Positions 61,304-64,000 of a stretch of DNA of 64,000 nt are shown here, one piece after another (the first letter of the stretch is position 1; the number at the start of each line of letters is the position of its first letter). This DNA comes from Heterodontus francisci. Its lineage: Eukaryota. The stretch spans positions 15,551,714 to 15,615,713 of the forward strand of contig NC_090395.1 of NCBI RefSeq assembly GCF_036365525.1. The letters are read 5' to 3'. The notes under the pieces are model-generated. The model was not told the origin of the DNA. It ran no database searches and saw only the letters and a list, made by a program, of their open reading frames with translations. A program made the position numbers and the translations under genes.

Positions 61304-63290
61304 TTTTAGCGGTCGGGAACTCCACAAATGCTTGGACTTTTGTTGTTCTTGGAAATAGTTGTCCTTGCCCTACTATATTTTTGCAAATTCGCTTTTGGCC
61401 AGCTTTACCACTAAATCAGCTGCTTGTAATTTCTTAAACAAAGTTTTCTAGTTGTTTCAAGTGGTCCTTCCAAGTGTTACTGTTTACCAGCACATCATCA
61501 AGGGTGGCACAGTGGCGCAGTGGTTAGCACCGCAGCCTCACAGCTCCAGCAACCTGGGTTCGATTCTGGGTACTGCCTGTGCGGAGTTTGCAAGTTCTCC
61601 CTGTGTCTGTGTGGGTTTTCGCCGGGTACTCCGGTTTCCTCCCACCACCAAAAGACTTGCAGGTTGATAGGTAAATTGGCCATTATAAATTGCCCCTAGT
61701 ATCGGTAGGTGGTAGGGGAATAGAGGGACAGGTGGGGAAGTGGTAGGAATATGGGATTAGTGTAGGATTAGTATAAACAGGTGGTTGATGGTCGGCACAG
61801 ACTCAGTGGGCCGAAGGGCCGGTTTCAGTGCTGTATCTCTAAATAAAATAAATAAATAAACGACACAGTTTCCTACACAGACTTTGTCAAGACAGTCTTG
61901 CACACTGGTTACCACTTGATTCATCAGTCTCTGAGAAGTTTCTGGAGTACCCCCTAACCTGTATGGTATCACTTGGCACTGAAAAAACTGCCCAGTGTGA
62001 CAAAAGCTTATTTTTCTTTAGCTCGGGGTGTTAAAGGAACTTGCCAGTATCCCTTTAACAAATCTATTTTTGTAAGAAAAATGGCACTGGCCACTCTGTC
62101 AATGCAGTCTTCCAAGCGAGGGATTGGATAGGAGTTGACCTTTGTGACTGCATTAACTTTTCTGTAGTTTATGCAAACTCTAGTTGACCCGTCAGGTTTA
62201 GGCACTAATACTATTGGTGAATGCCAACTGCTCAGACTGGGTTCAATTATGGGGTTTTCTGGCATGTATTGGATTTTTGCTTTTACGTGGGTCTGTTTGT
62301 CTGGACTTAAATGGTAACAATGTTGTTTTATAGGAACGGATTCCCCTATATCCACATCATGTGTGGCTAAGGTTGTACATCCTAGCCCATCCCTACAGAC
62401 TCTTTTAAATGCTGTGAGTAGCCTTGTTAGGTCTTCTTGTTGTTCTGCATCTAAATATGAAAGCATAGTGTCCAATCTCCCTAGCAATTCAGTATTAGCT
62501 AACCAGATAGTAGGAGGTTAAGTTTGAGAATTGTCTAGGCTTCCTACTGCCTCATCTTCACTACCTCTTTCATTCCTCACTGTCCCTACTACCTGACATA
62601 CCTGTGCCTGCTTATCTTCCTCCCAGCAATAATATTGTTTTAACGTATTGATATGACACAGTTGATTCTTTTATCAGCGACCTGGGGTGTTAATCAAATA
62701 ATTTACCTTACCATTTCTCTTGACCACTTTACATGGACCACTGATCCATGATTTTAATGGTTCACCTTGTAAAGGTAGTAATACCAACATTTTATCCCTG
62801 GTTGAAATGTTCAGGTGTTAGCATGCTTGTCTGCCTATTTTTTTATAGTTGTTTGGGACGCTTTAAGGTTCATGAGTCACATTGTGAGTTGTTCCCAGAG
62901 CACGGATACATAATCTAGTACAGAAGATTCATCCCTCTGTTCTAAAAACCTTACTTTAATTAGTTCTGGAGAACCTCTTATCTCATGCCACTATACTAAT
63001 TCCAAAGGACTAAAACCTGTAGACCCATTCGGTGAATCTCTCGTGGCAAATAAAAGGAAGTCTAGCCCTTTATCCCAATCATGTGGATATTCATGACAGG
63101 ATGCCCTGATCATTGTTTTGAGGGTCTGATAGTACCTTTCTAAAGCTCCCTGTTTCTGTGGATGGTATGAAGGCCTTAACTGTGTTATACCCAAATTACC
63201 CATAACTTCTTGAAATATCTTAGACATAAAATTGGAACCTTGATCCGACTGAATTTCAATTGGTAATGCATAACTAGTGAAGAATTGGGT
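61304..63290 (-). mobile_element. Gmr1-like Gypsy pol relic with integrase upstream of RT
   Basis: IN core PIEIQSDQGSNF...YHPQKQGALER...STGFSPLELV (63299-62991) precedes RT SSWHSPIVLVPKPDGS...YRKVN...IDLLKGYWQVPL...VY/LDDVLV. Confidence 0.88.
61502..61860 (+). mobile_element. Full-length HE1 V-SINE
   Basis: Complete head, V-core, HER1 tail and (TAAA)n end. Confidence 0.93.
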
Positions 63291-63645
63291 TAGAATCATA
63301 GAAATATTATGGCACAGAAGGAGGCCATTCAGCCCATCATGTCCGTGCTGCCTGAAAAAAACTAGCCGCCCAATCTAATCCCACCTTCCAGCACTTGGTC
63401 CATTGCCTTACCGATTACAGCACTTCAGGTGCAGGTCCAGGTACCTTTTAAAATAATTGAGGGTTTCTGCCTCCACCATCATTCCTAGCAGTGAATTCCA
63501 GACGCCCACCAACCACTGGGTGAAAAAGATTTTCCTCATGTCCCCTCTAATCCTTCTACCAATCAGCTTAAATCTGTGCCCCCTGGTAATTGACCTCTCT
63601 GCCAGGGCAAACAGGTCCTTCCTGTCTACTCTATCTAGGCCCCTC
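63291..63645 (-). mobile_element. CR1 3' fragment
   Basis: Reverse complement of the 2320-2640 family. Confidence 0.85.
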
Positions 63646-63649
63646 TGTT

Positions 63650-64000
63650 ACATAGGCATATATATCTCAAAATTCCCTTTTATCCGGAAGATGAAAGACT
63701 TGAGAGCCACAACAATAATCTCAGCAGTACGAATTCTATTTGCTGAGCAAGGGATTCCTGAAAGGTTAATATGTGACAATGACACCCAATTTACATCCAG
63801 AGAATTTAAGGAATTCACTGACCTGTGTGGGTTCAACACCATCACCTCATCACCACACTACCCATGGGAACACGGATTTATGGAAAGACATGTCCAGACG
63901 GTCAACGGAACACTTGTGAAATACCAAGAGATGAAGGAAGACCCAAACCTGGCCTTATTGTCACTCTGATCCACACCTCTCAAGGCTGACAAGAAATCAC
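63650..64000 (+). mobile_element. Gypsy integrase core fragment (different family)
   Basis: SKFPFI...LFAEQGIPERLICDNDTQFTSREFKEF...TSSPHYP...GFMERHVQTV...DPNLALL. Confidence 0.85.

Noticed and set aside
61502-61575. tRNA-like sequences here and at 21930-21983, 23078, 28343, 32958 and 38102
   Set aside because: They are SINE heads followed by V or Deu cores and LINE-derived tails, not tRNA genes.

Overview
Vertebrate nuclear DNA, almost certainly a shark (HE1 V-SINEs, SacSINE1-like DeuSINEs, shark-type CR1/L2/Penelope families). Two host genes lie on the minus strand. The first is a complete 5-exon alpha-tubulin (coding exons 3/223/149/681/294 nt, 449 aa, MREC...GEEY; probably the tuba5 lineage). 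The second is RABIF/MSS4 (exon 2 complete, exon 1 running into a 200-N gap). The rest is mostly TEs: decayed Harbinger elements with Myb/SANT genes, CR1, L2-type and RTE LINEs, Penelope elements with minimal hammerhead ribozyme motifs, Gmr1-type Gypsy relics and SINEs. Most notable: (1) a tandem duplication gives the tubulin gene two near-identical promoter + ATG-only first exons, separated by a 36-bp G-rich minisatellite; (2) a ~10-kb 17-bp satellite with higher-order structure starts ~100 bp upstream of the RABIF ATG and resembles that promoter's ETS repeats; (3) inverted hammerhead-bearing Penelope pLTRs bracket tubulin exon 3; (4) a templated-insertion DNA-repair scar sits in a CR1 copy. 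All calls were made by eye with no database search; TE boundaries are approximate.
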